From contig CAVPCR010000002.1 of NCBI GenBank assembly GCA_963702435.1, positions 32,001 to 96,000 on the forward strand: 64,000 nt of DNA, in the 5' to 3' direction. Made by a program: the position numbers and the translations under genes. This stretch comes from Candidatus Eiseniibacteriota bacterium (GTDB lineage: Bacteria > Eisenbacteria > RBG-16-71-46 > CAVPCR01). The notes below the pieces were generated by a model that was not told the DNA's origin, made no database searches, and saw only the letters and a list, made by a program, of their open reading frames with translations. Position 1 is the stretch's first letter. The number at the start of each line of letters is the position of its first letter. This document shows positions 21,055-31,390 of this stretch, piece by piece.

Positions 21055-23364
21055 CTACGCCCTCGCCGGCACCGCGGGCACGGCCTTCGTGCTCCCGGCG
21101 CGCCAGGCCGCGACGATGAAGCCGGCCTCGAGCAGCGCGACGACTATCATAGTGTTGAGGAGGTTGCCGCTGCCGGAGCCGTAGGCATGCAGGCCCGAGC
21201 CGAGGACGTAGTTCACGCCCACGTAGGTCATCAGGATCGTCCAGAACGCGACGATGGACCACGCAGCTACGCCGAACGGGCCGATCTGGCCGTCGCTGCG
21301 CGCGTGCAGGATGGCCATGTAGGCGAGGAACGCGACCAGCGACCAGACCTCCTTCGAGTCCCAGCCCCAGTAGCGGCCCCACGACGACGCGGCCCAGATC
21401 GAGCCGGTCAGGATGCCGGCGATGAGCAGGATCGAGCCCACGAGCAGGTACCAGTAGAGGAGCGAGTTCCACTTCGTCGCCAGCTCGGCCGCCCGCCGGG
21501 GCGCGAACAGCCGCGCGCCCAGGACGAGGTGGCCGAGGAACGTGGCGATCGCGAACGTCGAGTAGCTCACCATGATGATCGGCACGTGGATCGCGAGCCA
21601 CGCGGTGTTGGCGAGCACGGGCGCCATGGGCCGGATGAACGGGTCGATCGACAGGCGGTCGAGCAGCAGCATGACGAGCGCCGACATGGCGGCGGCATTG
21701 TAGACGAGCATGCGGTTGCGCACGAGCAGCGAGATCACGCCGAAGAGCCCGACGCCCCAGCCGAGGAACAGCAACGACTCGTACATGTTCGAGGCCGGGA
21801 TGCGTTCACCGACCTGCCAGCGCGTCGCGATGCCCCAGGTCATCACCGCGAAGCCAAGCACCATGCCGGCGGCGACCAGCCAGCGCAGCCGCCAGCGGTC
21901 GCGCTCGAGCGTCATGCCGGCGGCGATGGCGGCGGGCAGCAGCAGCCACCAGGCGATGCGCGGAAAGTCCACCGCGTTGTAGAGCAGCTCACGCTGGATC
22001 GCGGCCGGGGTGGGGTAGAACGCGGGCGCGCCCGAGCGCGCCTGCGCCTCCATCTTCGTCCACGTCTCGAGCGCGTTCGGGAGCGGCGGCGCGCGCCAGA
22101 GGTCCACGCGGTTCTCGCCCGGGATGGTGCGGATGGCCTCGCCGTTCAGGAACACGTGCAGGACCGTGAGGCGCTCGTTGAACTCGAGCAGGTCCTTGTC
22201 CCCGGGCTCGGGGTCGTGGCGGTGGCTGGCACGCTCGAGCGCCGGACCCATGAGCGCGAGCAGCCGCTGACTGGAGAGCAGCTTCTGGTAGCTCGTGTGC
22301 CGCGTGTTCGCGGGCAGGCCGACGGTGGTCGCGATGAGCGGGTTGATCTTCACGATCGGTTCGCGCATCCAGCCCTCCGGGTCGAGCGACCAGCCCATCA
22401 CCATCGCCACGGGGTCCATGCCCTTCCAGCGCCGCTGGCCGGTCACCTGCAGCACGGCCTCGCGCGCCTGCGTGTCGAACGGCATCTCGCGGCCGTCGTA
22501 CTGGACGGGCAACTGCCTGAGCGCCGGCAGAGCGTCGGCGGGTGGCAGCTTCGCCGCCCCGGCGGCCGGCGGGCCGCCGGCCAGAGCCGCCGCACCGAGC
22601 GCGGCGGCGAGCGCCACGATGTGCAGCCGCGCAACCGGCGCGCCGGCCGGCGCGGTGCGCAGCTTCACGGCGGCGCGGTGCTGGAAGATGCGCGTGACCA
22701 TCACCACGAGCATGCCGCCGACGAGCAAGTAGTACCCCCAGAAGACGATGTCCTGCCCCGGGTCCCTCGCGACCGAGAGCACGGACATCGCGCGGCCCTC
22801 GCTGAACTGGTAGCTGGACTGGAAGAAGCGGTAGCCGCCGTGCGTGAACGGCTTGTTCATCTCGATCACGGCCGGGATCTCGCGCCCGCCGTCGAGCACC
22901 GTGATGCGGCTCCGGTACATCGAGGCGCGCTGCGTGCCGGGATAGACGTCCATCTGGAAGTCGTCGAGGCGGACGGTGAACGGAATCGGAGTGGCCGACT
23001 CGTGGCCGTCCACAAGGCGCAGGAACTGATTCGAGCTCTCGCCCTCCCACAAGCCGAGCTGTCCGTCTACGCCCTTCCACGCGGTCACGACGGCGCCCGC
23101 GAGGATGAGCAGCATCGAGGTGTGCGTGATCAGGAATCCGATGCGCCAGCGGTTGCGCGGCCAGCGTGCCCAGAGCGCGGCCGTGACGTTGAGCGCGAAC
23201 ACGCCCTGCAGCGCGAAGAACCACGGCGCGTAGTAGACGGCCCGGGCGGCTGCAGTGCCACGCAGCGACTCGAGGATGGTGCCGACCGACAGGACGATGG
23301 CGAGCAGGATCAGCAGCGCGGTCGTCAGCTTGAGCGAGGCGAGCACGCGAACGAATGGAGGCAT
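21055..23364 (-). CDS. ccsA: Fused system II cytochrome c synthase CcsBA (ResB-ResC)
   Basis: N-terminal ResB-like part (ITH, MNKP...GYRFFQSSY); WWD domain WAASSWGRYWGWDSKE; IHV and GLHAY His motifs. Confidence 0.9.
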   Translation of the reverse strand: MPPFVRVLASLKLTTALLILLAIVLSVGTILESLRGTAAARAVYYAPWFFALQGVFALNVTAALWARWPRNRWRIGFLITHTSMLLILAGAVVTAWKGVDGQLGLWEGESSNQFLRLVDGHESATPIPFTVRLDDFQMDVYPGTQRASMYRSRITVLDGGREIPAVIEMNKPFTHGGYRFFQSSYQFSEGRAMSVLSVARDPGQDIVFWGYYLLVGGMLVVMVTRIFQHRAAVKLRTAPAGAPVARLHIVALAAALGAAALAGGPPAAGAAKLPPADALPALRQLPVQYDGREMPFDTQAREAVLQVTGQRRWKGMDPVAMVMGWSLDPEGWMREPIVKINPLIATTVGLPANTRHTSYQKLLSSQRLLALMGPALERASHRHDPEPGDKDLLEFNERLTVLHVFLNGEAIRTIPGENRVDLWRAPPLPNALETWTKMEAQARSGAPAFYPTPAAIQRELLYNAVDFPRIAWWLLLPAAIAAGMTLERDRWRLRWLVAAGMVLGFAVMTWGIATRWQVGERIPASNMYESLLFLGWGVGLFGVISLLVRNRMLVYNAAAMSALVMLLLDRLSIDPFIRPMAPVLANTAWLAIHVPIIMVSYSTFAIATFLGHLVLGARLFAPRRAAELATKWNSLLYWYLLVGSILLIAGILTGSIWAASSWGRYWGWDSKEVWSLVAFLAYMAILHARSDGQIGPFGVAAWSIVAFWTILMTYVGVNYVLGSGLHAYGSGSGNLLNTMIVVALLEAGFIVAAWRAGSTKAVPAVPARA

Positions 23365-23624
23365 GATCAGTTCCTTCCGACGGGTGGGGGCGGAATGCAG
23401 GAGCGAGGATAGGCGCTGCTGGCCCCGGCCGCGATGGGCCGTTGGGCTACCGGCCGGGGGGCCCGGGGCCCCTCCGGGGCGGGCGGCCGGACCCCCGGCT
23501 CCGGGACGGGCCCCCGCCCCAGCTGTCACGCAACGCCGTTTCGACCTTTCTGCCCTCCGCAGTTGGAGCCGCCGCTCGTCGTCCGGACGATCTCCGAGCT
23601 CGCCAGGTCTACGGCGCCGGACGC

Positions 23625-25154
23625 CTAGCGCACCTTGACCGAGAGCACCGCCGCCCACACCTTGTCGGCAGCCAAGTCGAGCGTGGCGTTGGGGCGGTCC
23701 TGGTCCCCGAAATCGATCGTGTCGGTCGCGGCGTCGAAGCTGGCGACGTCGCCGTCGACCGCATCGGTCAGCGTCCCGGCGCCATCGACCGCGGCGAAGA
23801 TGGCGGCTTCTTCCGCGGCGGTGCAGTCCGGATCGGCGCAGACGTCGACCGAGGAGTCGACCTTGATCGTCCCCGGCAGGTACTGGAACGCGGCGGGATC
23901 GAGCACGTCCCGGGCGCTGACGTCGAGGATCGCGTCCCCCGGGTTGTTGATGTAGAGGAGGAACTTCACGGTTGCGCCGGCCGGGACCTCGGCGCCCGAG
24001 GGGATCGGCGTTCCGTCAGCCTGGAAGGCCCGTTTGATGAGGCGGGGTTCGATCTTCTCGCTCCCGAGAGCCTGGTAGGTCCCCGGGTCTCCCTGGTTGC
24101 GGAAGCAGGCCCGGAGCCAATCCGTGGATCTCGGCACGGAGGAGATCCGTACCTCGTCGATCTTCCCGTCCCACGCGCCGAAGGATCCCACATTGCCGTA
24201 GTTGTTGCCGATCGCGATCTGCCAGGAGTTGACCCGCATGCTCCCGGTCTTGCTCAGGCTGCCCGCCGCGAGGCCGTCCCGCAGGAGCCGCATGGTCGCT
24301 CCGTCGTAGGTCGCCGCAGCCAGATACCAGAGGTTCCCGTCGGGTAGGTACCCATTGGGGGAGGAACCGAAGAGCACGGAGGTCCCGATGGCATCGTCCG
24401 TTCCGGTCTTGAGCCGGAACCTCAGCCGGTTCTCGCCCGAGGTGCCATCGAAGAGGCTCAGCATGAAGACGTGATCCTCGTTCGCCGTCCCCTGAGCCTT
24501 CGAGACGACCCGAGGGTCGTCCTCCGCGAACGCGTCATCGCTCCTGATCCAGGCCGAGAGCGTGAGGCCCGTGCCCGCCACGCTCCAGGCTCCGATACGC
24601 ACCTCGTCGTTGCCGTCCGCGGGGAGGAAGTCCTGACCATCGGCGATCTGCGCCGGAACGTCCGTGGAACCCACATTCGTGCCGTGGTGGCCTCCGATGG
24701 AGTCGTCGAAGTCGTCGTGGAGGTGGTACACGGCTTCGTAGCCGTTGCTCCAGACTCCCGGAACGTCCTCCTGGCTCCCCGTGGTTCCATTTCCGTAGTA
24801 GAGATAGAGCGTGGTCGCGTTCGCGGAGGAGAGGAGCGGCACCTTGACCCAGGCGAAGAGCTCGCCCCCAATGGGGTCGTACTCCTCGATCTCGTGATCC
24901 AGCTGGGTCGATCCGTCGGCCGCCGTGAAAAGCAGGTCGTCGCCGTCCGCCTGGGCCCGGGTGAAAACCGGGTTCCCGGCGTCCACGATCCGGATGAGAC
25001 AGGGGAAGTCGGTGAGATCGGAGTTGGTCACGGTCGCGGAGATCGTGATCTCCTGGCGGTAGGGCCAGGCCGAACCGTACCAGGCGGCCCGGGCCGTGGT
25101 CGCAAGGGCCAGCCCGACGATCGAGATCGCTGCAGCGACTCGTAGGGGCCCCAA
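23625..25154 (-). CDS. Secreted DUF2341 plus LamG-like domain protein
   Basis: Signal peptide; W.YRQ.I...DFP...HEIE...WVKVP...LYLYYGN; GKIDEVRIS LamG motif; additional C-terminal beta domain. Confidence 0.75.
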   Translation of the reverse strand: MGPLRVAAAISIVGLALATTARAAWYGSAWPYRQEITISATVTNSDLTDFPCLIRIVDAGNPVFTRAQADGDDLLFTAADGSTQLDHEIEEYDPIGGELFAWVKVPLLSSANATTLYLYYGNGTTGSQEDVPGVWSNGYEAVYHLHDDFDDSIGGHHGTNVGSTDVPAQIADGQDFLPADGNDEVRIGAWSVAGTGLTLSAWIRSDDAFAEDDPRVVSKAQGTANEDHVFMLSLFDGTSGENRLRFRLKTGTDDAIGTSVLFGSSPNGYLPDGNLWYLAAATYDGATMRLLRDGLAAGSLSKTGSMRVNSWQIAIGNNYGNVGSFGAWDGKIDEVRISSVPRSTDWLRACFRNQGDPGTYQALGSEKIEPRLIKRAFQADGTPIPSGAEVPAGATVKFLLYINNPGDAILDVSARDVLDPAAFQYLPGTIKVDSSVDVCADPDCTAAEEAAIFAAVDGAGTLTDAVDGDVASFDAATDTIDFGDQDRPNATLDLAADKVWAAVLSVKVR

Positions 25155-25356
25155 TGTCCCTTCCAGAAGCGCCTCCAGGTTGCGTCCTCTGCAATTGGTG
25201 GAACGGCCGTGGATGAGTTACCCTAACACAGAATCCCACCCGCGGCCGATCCTCACCATCGCGAAGGCACAGGTGATTGCATCGCGTGCCACTTGTCCGA
25301 TGCAGCCTCTTCGTCTCACCACGGCCTGCACTGACCCCTGAACTCGTGCCTGCGGG

Positions 25357-25623
25357 TTGGCCGCGGCGGGGCGCTTCCTCGGCGACCGCGAGAAGAACCG
25401 CGTCGACGCGGTGTCCGGCACCGTCTTCGTGAGCCCGATCTTCGTCTGGTACAGCGACGACTTCGGGGGCTCGAACGAGGCCCTGGGCCGCTACCTGGCC
25501 CGCTTCTGGCCGCAGGGCCCGGAGCGGGATCTCCTCCTGTCCGGCCGCTTCCGCCTCCGCGAGACCGAGTACGACTGGAGACTGAACGGCTTGGCGCAGG
25601 GATCTCCTCAACGTCGACCTTGA
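25357..25623 (+). pseudogene. C-terminal remnant of a DUF547-like gene
   Basis: SPIFVWYSDDF and YDWRLN match the DUF547 C-terminus; no N-terminal part upstream. Confidence 0.6.
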
Positions 25624-25697
25624 CGTGGCGAGGCCTCGTTTGCGCGCGGTGTCAGCAGTGGTCGCTCGGAGCCACAGCGCTGAGTGCCGCGCCGCGC

Positions 25698-26612
25698 TCA
25701 CGCTGCGGCGGCCGGGCGCGGCTTGACGAGCACCGATCTCCGCTCGCGCTCGCGGAGGAAGGCGATCTCCACCTCCGGCCGCCCCGCGAGCACCAGGACC
25801 CGCTGCAGGTCATCCACGCTCGCGAGCGGTGTGCCGTTGGCGGCGACGAGGAGATCACCATCGCGGAGCCCGGCCGCGGCCGCCGGTGACTCCGCGCCCA
25901 CATCGAAGACGCGGAGCGCGCGCGCCTGGCCGAGTTCCGCGGCGAGGCGCGGCGCGAGGCGCACCCCGCGCGCGGCGACCCCGAGGAGCGGGCGCCGGAT
26001 CTCGCCCTTCTCGACGAGCACCGCCGCGACCCAGCTCGCGGTCGCCGCGGGCACCGCGAAGCCGATCCCCTGCGCGTACGGGATGATCGCGGTGTTGATG
26101 CCGACGACCGCCCCCTCGGCGTTCACGAGCGGCCCGCCCGAGTTCCCCGGGTTGATCGCGGCATCGGTCTGGATCAGCCCTTCGACGAGGCTGCCGTCCG
26201 CTCCGCCGAGGCTCCGGTCGAGCGCGCTCACGACACCGAGGCTCACCGAGCGCTCGAAGCGGAGCGGATTCCCGATGGCGACGACGAGCTGGCCCACGCG
26301 CACGCTGTCGCGCGCCGCGAGCGCGAGATGCGGGAGCTCCTCTCCCGCCGCCGGCTTGACGCGGACGACGGCGAGATCGGTGCGCCGATCGACGCCCGCG
26401 ATCTCCCCGGCGAGCGCGCTTCCGTCCTGGAAGCCGATCCGGAGCGCGCCCCGCCCCCGCGCGACGACGTGCGCGTTGGTGAGGACGAGCCCGTCCCCGC
26501 GGAGGACGAGCCCGCTCCCCTCCCCCAGGTGGTGCTCGACGCTGACCACGGCGGGCGCGGTGCGGGCAACGAGCGTTTCGAGCTCGGACGAGAAGAGGCG
26601 GAGGAAGTCCAT
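25698..26612 (-). CDS. Trypsin-like (HtrA/DegQ-type) serine protease with PDZ domain
   Basis: TNAHVV, DLAV, QTDAAINPGNSGGPL triad motifs; SPAAAAGLRDGD PDZ; no signal peptide. Confidence 0.92.
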   Translation of the reverse strand: MDFLRLFSSELETLVARTAPAVVSVEHHLGEGSGLVLRGDGLVLTNAHVVARGRGALRIGFQDGSALAGEIAGVDRRTDLAVVRVKPAAGEELPHLALAARDSVRVGQLVVAIGNPLRFERSVSLGVVSALDRSLGGADGSLVEGLIQTDAAINPGNSGGPLVNAEGAVVGINTAIIPYAQGIGFAVPAATASWVAAVLVEKGEIRRPLLGVAARGVRLAPRLAAELGQARALRVFDVGAESPAAAAGLRDGDLLVAANGTPLASVDDLQRVLVLAGRPEVEIAFLRERERRSVLVKPRPAAAA

Positions 26613-26683
26613 GCGACCATTCTCGCCCGCCGTGCGGCGGTGGCGCATCGCGCGAAAGGCCAGGCCCGACCCTGATCCTTCGG

Positions 26684-27079
26684 CTAGAGCGGAACCCGCT
26701 CGGCCACGTGCCCGAGCCCGGGCAGGTGGAAGCGCTCGCCGGAGAGCGCCTTGAGCGCCCCGGCGAGGCCGAGCCCGAGGAGAGCGAGACCGAAGCTCAG
26801 GCGGGAGAGCGTGATGATGATGACGCCGAGGACCGGGAGCCCCGTGAGCGCCCACTCGATCACGCGGAGGGCGAGGCCGAGCACGACGAGGAGGACGAGG
26901 AGGACGAAGCCCTGGCGGGCGTGGTGGCGCGCGAACTCGTCGCGAGGCGCGAAGAAGTACGGGAGGAAGCAGAGGAAGGGGACATACGAGAGCGCGGCGA
27001 GGACCCGGCTCTCGTCCGTGTCCTCTTCCCCGGGCGCGGCGCCGCGGGGCATCTCCGGTCCGCTATGCGACTCGTTCAC
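26684..27079 (-). CDS. Small membrane protein (DUF4870-like)
   Basis: AALSY...FARHHARQG...KALSGE.F.LP pattern, about 3 TM segments. Confidence 0.7.
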   Translation of the reverse strand: MNESHSGPEMPRGAAPGEEDTDESRVLAALSYVPFLCFLPYFFAPRDEFARHHARQGFVLLVLLVVLGLALRVIEWALTGLPVLGVIIITLSRLSFGLALLGLGLAGALKALSGERFHLPGLGHVAERVPL

Positions 27080-27122
27080 GGCCTTTCGGGCGCACCCGCC
27101 AGAAGAGCGGGCGCGGCCGCCC

Positions 27123-29306
27123 TCATGAAGCCGACCACATCATGGCCTCGAAATCGGTCCCCGGCGCCCGGAAGACGACCGGCGAGCGCGCCGGCAGCGC
27201 CTCCACCGTGCGCCCGTTCGCCACCCGGAGGATCGCGATCTCGACCATATCCCCGTCCCGGATCATGAGCTCGGTGAAGGGTATCTGCAACTCGATCACC
27301 TGATCCACGGCGCAGGTCGCCCGCGACGGCTCCTCGTGGAAGCCCCCGTCCGCGTAGCGCCAGAGCCGCGCCGGGCGGGCCCGTCCGTTCCGCGGATCGA
27401 GCGGGACCTCGACCCGCACCCGATGCGGCTGCGTGATCTCGAGCACGAGCATCTCATCGTGCGCCGGAGTCGCAATGAACCGCGCCGTCCCGTCCACGCG
27501 CACGAACAGGTGCTCGAGATCGAAGCCGTAGTGGAGCGCGCGCAGCTGGCCGTCGGTCTGGTGCATGGCGCCCCCGCCCTGCGCTGCCTCGACCCGGCCG
27601 GCGAGCTTCCACTCGTAGAAGTGGGTGACCCGCCCGTCGACGGTCGGCGTGATGAAGCGCACCGGCACCTGCTCGTCCGTGCGCGGCCGCCCGAAGCGAC
27701 CCTTGATCACGCCGCGGAGCTCGGGCGGCGGCACGAGCCCCACCGCCTCGTGGGCCGCGGTCAGGTGCGCGCGAAAGAGCTGATCGAACACGTCGACATG
27801 CGCGCACCAGTGGTCGTCGCCGTACCACCAGAACCAGTCCGACCCTTCCGCGATCGCGACATGCCGCCGCGCCGTCGTGACCCCCGGATCATCGGGCGGG
27901 CGCGTCGCCGCCGCCGCCTCGACCGCGGCGCGCGTCCGCGCGAGGAGGTCCCACGCCGCGTTGTCCTCCGGATGCCCGATCCAGATCGCGAAGTTGTGGT
28001 TGATCCATGACCCGGCGAAGAGCCGCTCGATGCGCCGAGACGGCGGATAGCGCGCGATGTAGTCGCTCACCGTCACCATCTCGATCACCGGATGCCGATC
28101 GAGGAGCCCGTAGAGCTCGCGCAGGAAGAAGAGCCCGTCCTCCGGGTAGTACTCCCAGCAGTTCTCCCCGTCGAGAATCACCGGCACGAGCGGCACGTCG
28201 CCGTTCGGCTCGCCCGCCGCGCGCATCACCTGCTCCGCGAAGTCGCGCGCCGCCTCCTTCGGATCCCAGTTCATGTAGCTGAAGCCGACCAGGTCCGAGA
28301 GCCGCTTGTGCCGAAAGATGAGAGCGAGGTCCTCGCCGTCTCCGTTCCCGAGGAGGTAGGCGTAGCGCGGATCGGGGTCGCGCCCGTCGAGCTGCGAGCG
28401 ATAGAGGATCTCCTCGTCCGAGGCGAGCCAGGTGAGCCCGCGCCCGAGGAGACGCCGGACCGCGGCATCCGACACCGAGCCCTCGGAGGGCCACATGCCG
28501 CGCGGCCGCCGGCCGAAGGCCGCCGTGAAGCGCGCGAAGGCGCTCTCGACCTGCGCATCGAAATCGCCGGGGTACTGGATGTGCGCTCGCGGAAGGCGCA
28601 CGTCGGGCATCGCCTCGCGCGCCGCGTCGGAGTCGAGGAGCAACGGCAATATGGGGTGGTAGTACGGGCTCATCGCGAGCTCGACGCGGCCCTCCGCGGC
28701 GAGGCGGCGGTAGAGCGGCACGATCGAGCCCAGGATCTCGATCTGGCGATCGAGGACGAAGTGCTTCTCCTCCTCGCTGAAGCTCCGCCCCTTGTCGGCG
28801 AGGCGCTTGAGCTCGTGATCCACGAAGAAGGTCGGGTCGATCCAGGCCAGGTTGAAGAGCACGATCAGATCGCGGAGCTCGAGGTCGGTGAACAGCGGCG
28901 CCTGGCGGCCGGGGATGCGGTTCTTGAAGCGGCGATGGAGCTCGGCGAGGCGCGGATAGCGCGCGATCATCGTCGCCTCGTTGGCCGAGAAGAAGTTCTC
29001 CTCGACGAAGCGGCGCTCGGCGGGGTCGAGCTCGGCCGGGCCGCGACGGGAGAGATCGAGGAAGCGGTCGGTGCGCCGCCCGCTCACGTAATCGTCGATC
29101 TGCTCGAGCAGGCTCGGAACGACGTTGATCGTGAACTTGACGCGCGGGTAGGACTCGGCGAGCGCGGCCATGTCGTAGTAGTCCTTGGTGCCGTGGAGAC
29201 GCACCCAGGGCAGCTCGAACTGGCCGGTGAACGGGTTCTCGTAGTGTGGCTGATGCATGTGCCACACCAGGGCGAGGCAGACCTTCTCGTGGCGCACGTC
29301 CGCCAT
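27123..29306 (-). CDS. Glycoside hydrolase family 57 (amylopullulanase-like)
   Basis: WHMHQP, PYYHPILP, WPSEG, LDGENCWE, AEGSDWFWW conserved regions. Confidence 0.93.
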   Translation of the reverse strand: MADVRHEKVCLALVWHMHQPHYENPFTGQFELPWVRLHGTKDYYDMAALAESYPRVKFTINVVPSLLEQIDDYVSGRRTDRFLDLSRRGPAELDPAERRFVEENFFSANEATMIARYPRLAELHRRFKNRIPGRQAPLFTDLELRDLIVLFNLAWIDPTFFVDHELKRLADKGRSFSEEEKHFVLDRQIEILGSIVPLYRRLAAEGRVELAMSPYYHPILPLLLDSDAAREAMPDVRLPRAHIQYPGDFDAQVESAFARFTAAFGRRPRGMWPSEGSVSDAAVRRLLGRGLTWLASDEEILYRSQLDGRDPDPRYAYLLGNGDGEDLALIFRHKRLSDLVGFSYMNWDPKEAARDFAEQVMRAAGEPNGDVPLVPVILDGENCWEYYPEDGLFFLRELYGLLDRHPVIEMVTVSDYIARYPPSRRIERLFAGSWINHNFAIWIGHPEDNAAWDLLARTRAAVEAAAATRPPDDPGVTTARRHVAIAEGSDWFWWYGDDHWCAHVDVFDQLFRAHLTAAHEAVGLVPPPELRGVIKGRFGRPRTDEQVPVRFITPTVDGRVTHFYEWKLAGRVEAAQGGGAMHQTDGQLRALHYGFDLEHLFVRVDGTARFIATPAHDEMLVLEITQPHRVRVEVPLDPRNGRARPARLWRYADGGFHEEPSRATCAVDQVIELQIPFTELMIRDGDMVEIAILRVANGRTVEALPARSPVVFRAPGTDFEAMMWSAS

Positions 29307-29400
29307 CGGCTTACGCGGACCTTTTCACGGGGATACCGTTCCTCGCGGGACCTGGCCGGCGCGGCGACTGCTACGGCGACGACGGCGACAACGGCGACGA

Positions 29401-30141
29401 CTACGGAGCTGGGGCCGCCGCGTGCGCGGCGAGCTCGGCCAGACGGAGCTTGGCATCGGCGGCCTGCGGTTCGGCGCCGTACCTGGCGGTGATCTCCTCG
29501 TAGAGTGCCGTGGCCTTGGCCGCCTCCCCCGCTTGCGCCTGGCAGCGGGCCGCCGCGAGCAGATCCTGGATGATCATGGCCTCCGGCTTGACCACCGTCG
29601 TGGTCTGCGGGGCCTTCTTGCGCTCGGGGAGCAGGCGTTCCTCCTCCCGCGCCAGTTCCTCGTAGGCCGCGGCCGCCTCGGCATACTGCTTCGCGTCCTC
29701 GGCGGCCACCCCGAGCCCCCGCCGGCCCAGGCGGCTCAGGTCCCGATCCCCGCGCACGTGCTCGAGGTAGGACCTGTACTCGGCCATCGCGCCCTGGGGA
29801 TCGCCGGTCGCGAGGAGCGCATCCCCGCGCACGAGATGCGCGTGACGGCCGCTCCGCGTGCCGCCGTGCTGGTCGATCACCTGCTTGGCGGTCTCGACCG
29901 CCTGGGTCGGGTTGCCCGACCAGAGCTGGAACTGGGCCTCGGCGAGCTTCGCGGACGCATCCCCCTCGGCGTCGCGGCGGGCGCCGCGCCACACGAAGAT
30001 GAGGGCGACGGCGACGGCGATCGCCCCGACGACGATGGCGATCCGCTTCAGGTTCTCTTCGAGGTACGTCTCGATGCGGACGGTCCAGGTGAGGAGGGGA
30101 TCCTCCTTGATCTGGCGCTTCGTCAGCCGCTTCTGAACCAC
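29401..30141 (-). CDS. Membrane-anchored TPR protein (YfgM-like)
   Basis: RQIKED N-terminus, single TM, helical TPR-like repeats. Confidence 0.7.
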   Translation of the reverse strand: MVQKRLTKRQIKEDPLLTWTVRIETYLEENLKRIAIVVGAIAVAVALIFVWRGARRDAEGDASAKLAEAQFQLWSGNPTQAVETAKQVIDQHGGTRSGRHAHLVRGDALLATGDPQGAMAEYRSYLEHVRGDRDLSRLGRRGLGVAAEDAKQYAEAAAAYEELAREEERLLPERKKAPQTTTVVKPEAMIIQDLLAAARCQAQAGEAAKATALYEEITARYGAEPQAADAKLRLAELAAHAAAPAP

Positions 30142-30178
30142 GCTAACTCCTTGCCTTGCAGCTCTTTCCAGCGCTCAC

Positions 30179-31390
30179 TCAGGCGCAGGCCGGGCATGGC
30201 GCCGGCCCCTCCGATACCGAGGACGTGGCATCGTACCACACGCCTCCGGCCCCGACAACGGCCTGGGCGCACGCCCGGCAGGTCGTGCGGCCGCAGCGCT
30301 CGCATCGGGCGCGGCAGCCGGCGCAGAGGAGATGCCCGCCGCTGCAGATCACGGTCTCGGCGGGAGGCGTGCCGCAGGCGGCGCAGCGCACGGCGACGAG
30401 CGATCCGGTCGCCAAGTCGAGCTCGCCCTGCACCTCCTCCTCCCCGCCCTCACCGGGAGCGAGGAGGGGGCGGATCGGCACCCAGACCTCCTCGAGGCCG
30501 AGGAGACTCACCCGCACCTCGGGCGCGTACAGGCGCATCTCGCGCTGCGCGCGCGCGAGCCACTCGAGCTTCCGCGGGCGGGCGGCGAGCGCCGCCTTGC
30601 CCCCCCGCTTCTGCGCGCGAACCTTCTCCTCCTCGATGAGCGCCACGTAGAAGATCTGCAGCCGCTCGTCCTCCTTGGCGAGGAGCGCCTCGGCGCGTTC
30701 AGCGAACCGGGTAACCTCCGGCCCGATCCGGCGCTCGAGCTCGGCATGGGCGATGCGAAGGAGCCCCGGCCCGTCCACCGGAGCCGGGATCTCGATCCCC
30801 GCTTCCGGCTCGTCACCCAGGTTCAGGTTCCGGAAGAAGTCGCGCCCGTCGGCCGCGCGCGCGCCTTCCATGAGGCCGGCCGGGGCCTCGGCCATCACCG
30901 AGCGGATCTCGTCGAACCCGTCGAAGGCGCGATAGGCGACGCGGAACGTGAAGAGGATGCGCGGCCGGTAGAGGGGCGCGCCGAGACGGACGCCGCGGCC
31001 GGCGGCGGGCGGCCGGTTCGCGCCGTCCCCGGCGTTCGCCTCCCCCGCCGCGACCTCCGGCCCCGGCGGCATGAGGGCCAGGAGCGCCTGCTCCGGATCG
31101 AGGCGGCGATCCGCGCGCAGATAGCGGCGGCTCACCGTGCCGCCGGCGCGGGCCAGGCGGAGCATGCGATCGAAGACCTCGTTCCCCGGAACCATGAGGA
31201 AGGCATCGGGATGCTCGGCCCGGTCGGCGGCACGGAACGCGAACGTGGGATTCGCGACCTTGAGCGCGCGCGCGAGCGCCGGAGTGAGCTCCGCCGCGAA
31301 CGGGCCGCGCGGCGCGCCGAGGAGCTTCGCCCCGTGGTGGCGGAGGAAGTCGCGCACAAAGCGCTCGCGGTCGGCCCCGCTCCCGCTCAC
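30179..31390 (-). CDS. YqhG-like protein with C-terminal multi-Cys Zn-finger
   Basis: GTG start overlaps the SNF2 stop (GTGA); coiled-coil centre; CAAC..C..HLLC..C..C..C...C..C...CPAC tail. YqhG resemblance is by recollection and synteny. Confidence 0.6.
   Translation of the reverse strand: MSGSGADRERFVRDFLRHHGAKLLGAPRGPFAAELTPALARALKVANPTFAFRAADRAEHPDAFLMVPGNEVFDRMLRLARAGGTVSRRYLRADRRLDPEQALLALMPPGPEVAAGEANAGDGANRPPAAGRGVRLGAPLYRPRILFTFRVAYRAFDGFDEIRSVMAEAPAGLMEGARAADGRDFFRNLNLGDEPEAGIEIPAPVDGPGLLRIAHAELERRIGPEVTRFAERAEALLAKEDERLQIFYVALIEEEKVRAQKRGGKAALAARPRKLEWLARAQREMRLYAPEVRVSLLGLEEVWVPIRPLLAPGEGGEEEVQGELDLATGSLVAVRCAACGTPPAETVICSGGHLLCAGCRARCERCGRTTCRACAQAVVGAGGVWYDATSSVSEGPAPCPACA

Noticed and set aside
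29362..29406. GCGACGACG-type low-complexity run between the TPR and GH57 genes
   Set aside because: Short, imperfect trinucleotide-like repeat with no spacer structure
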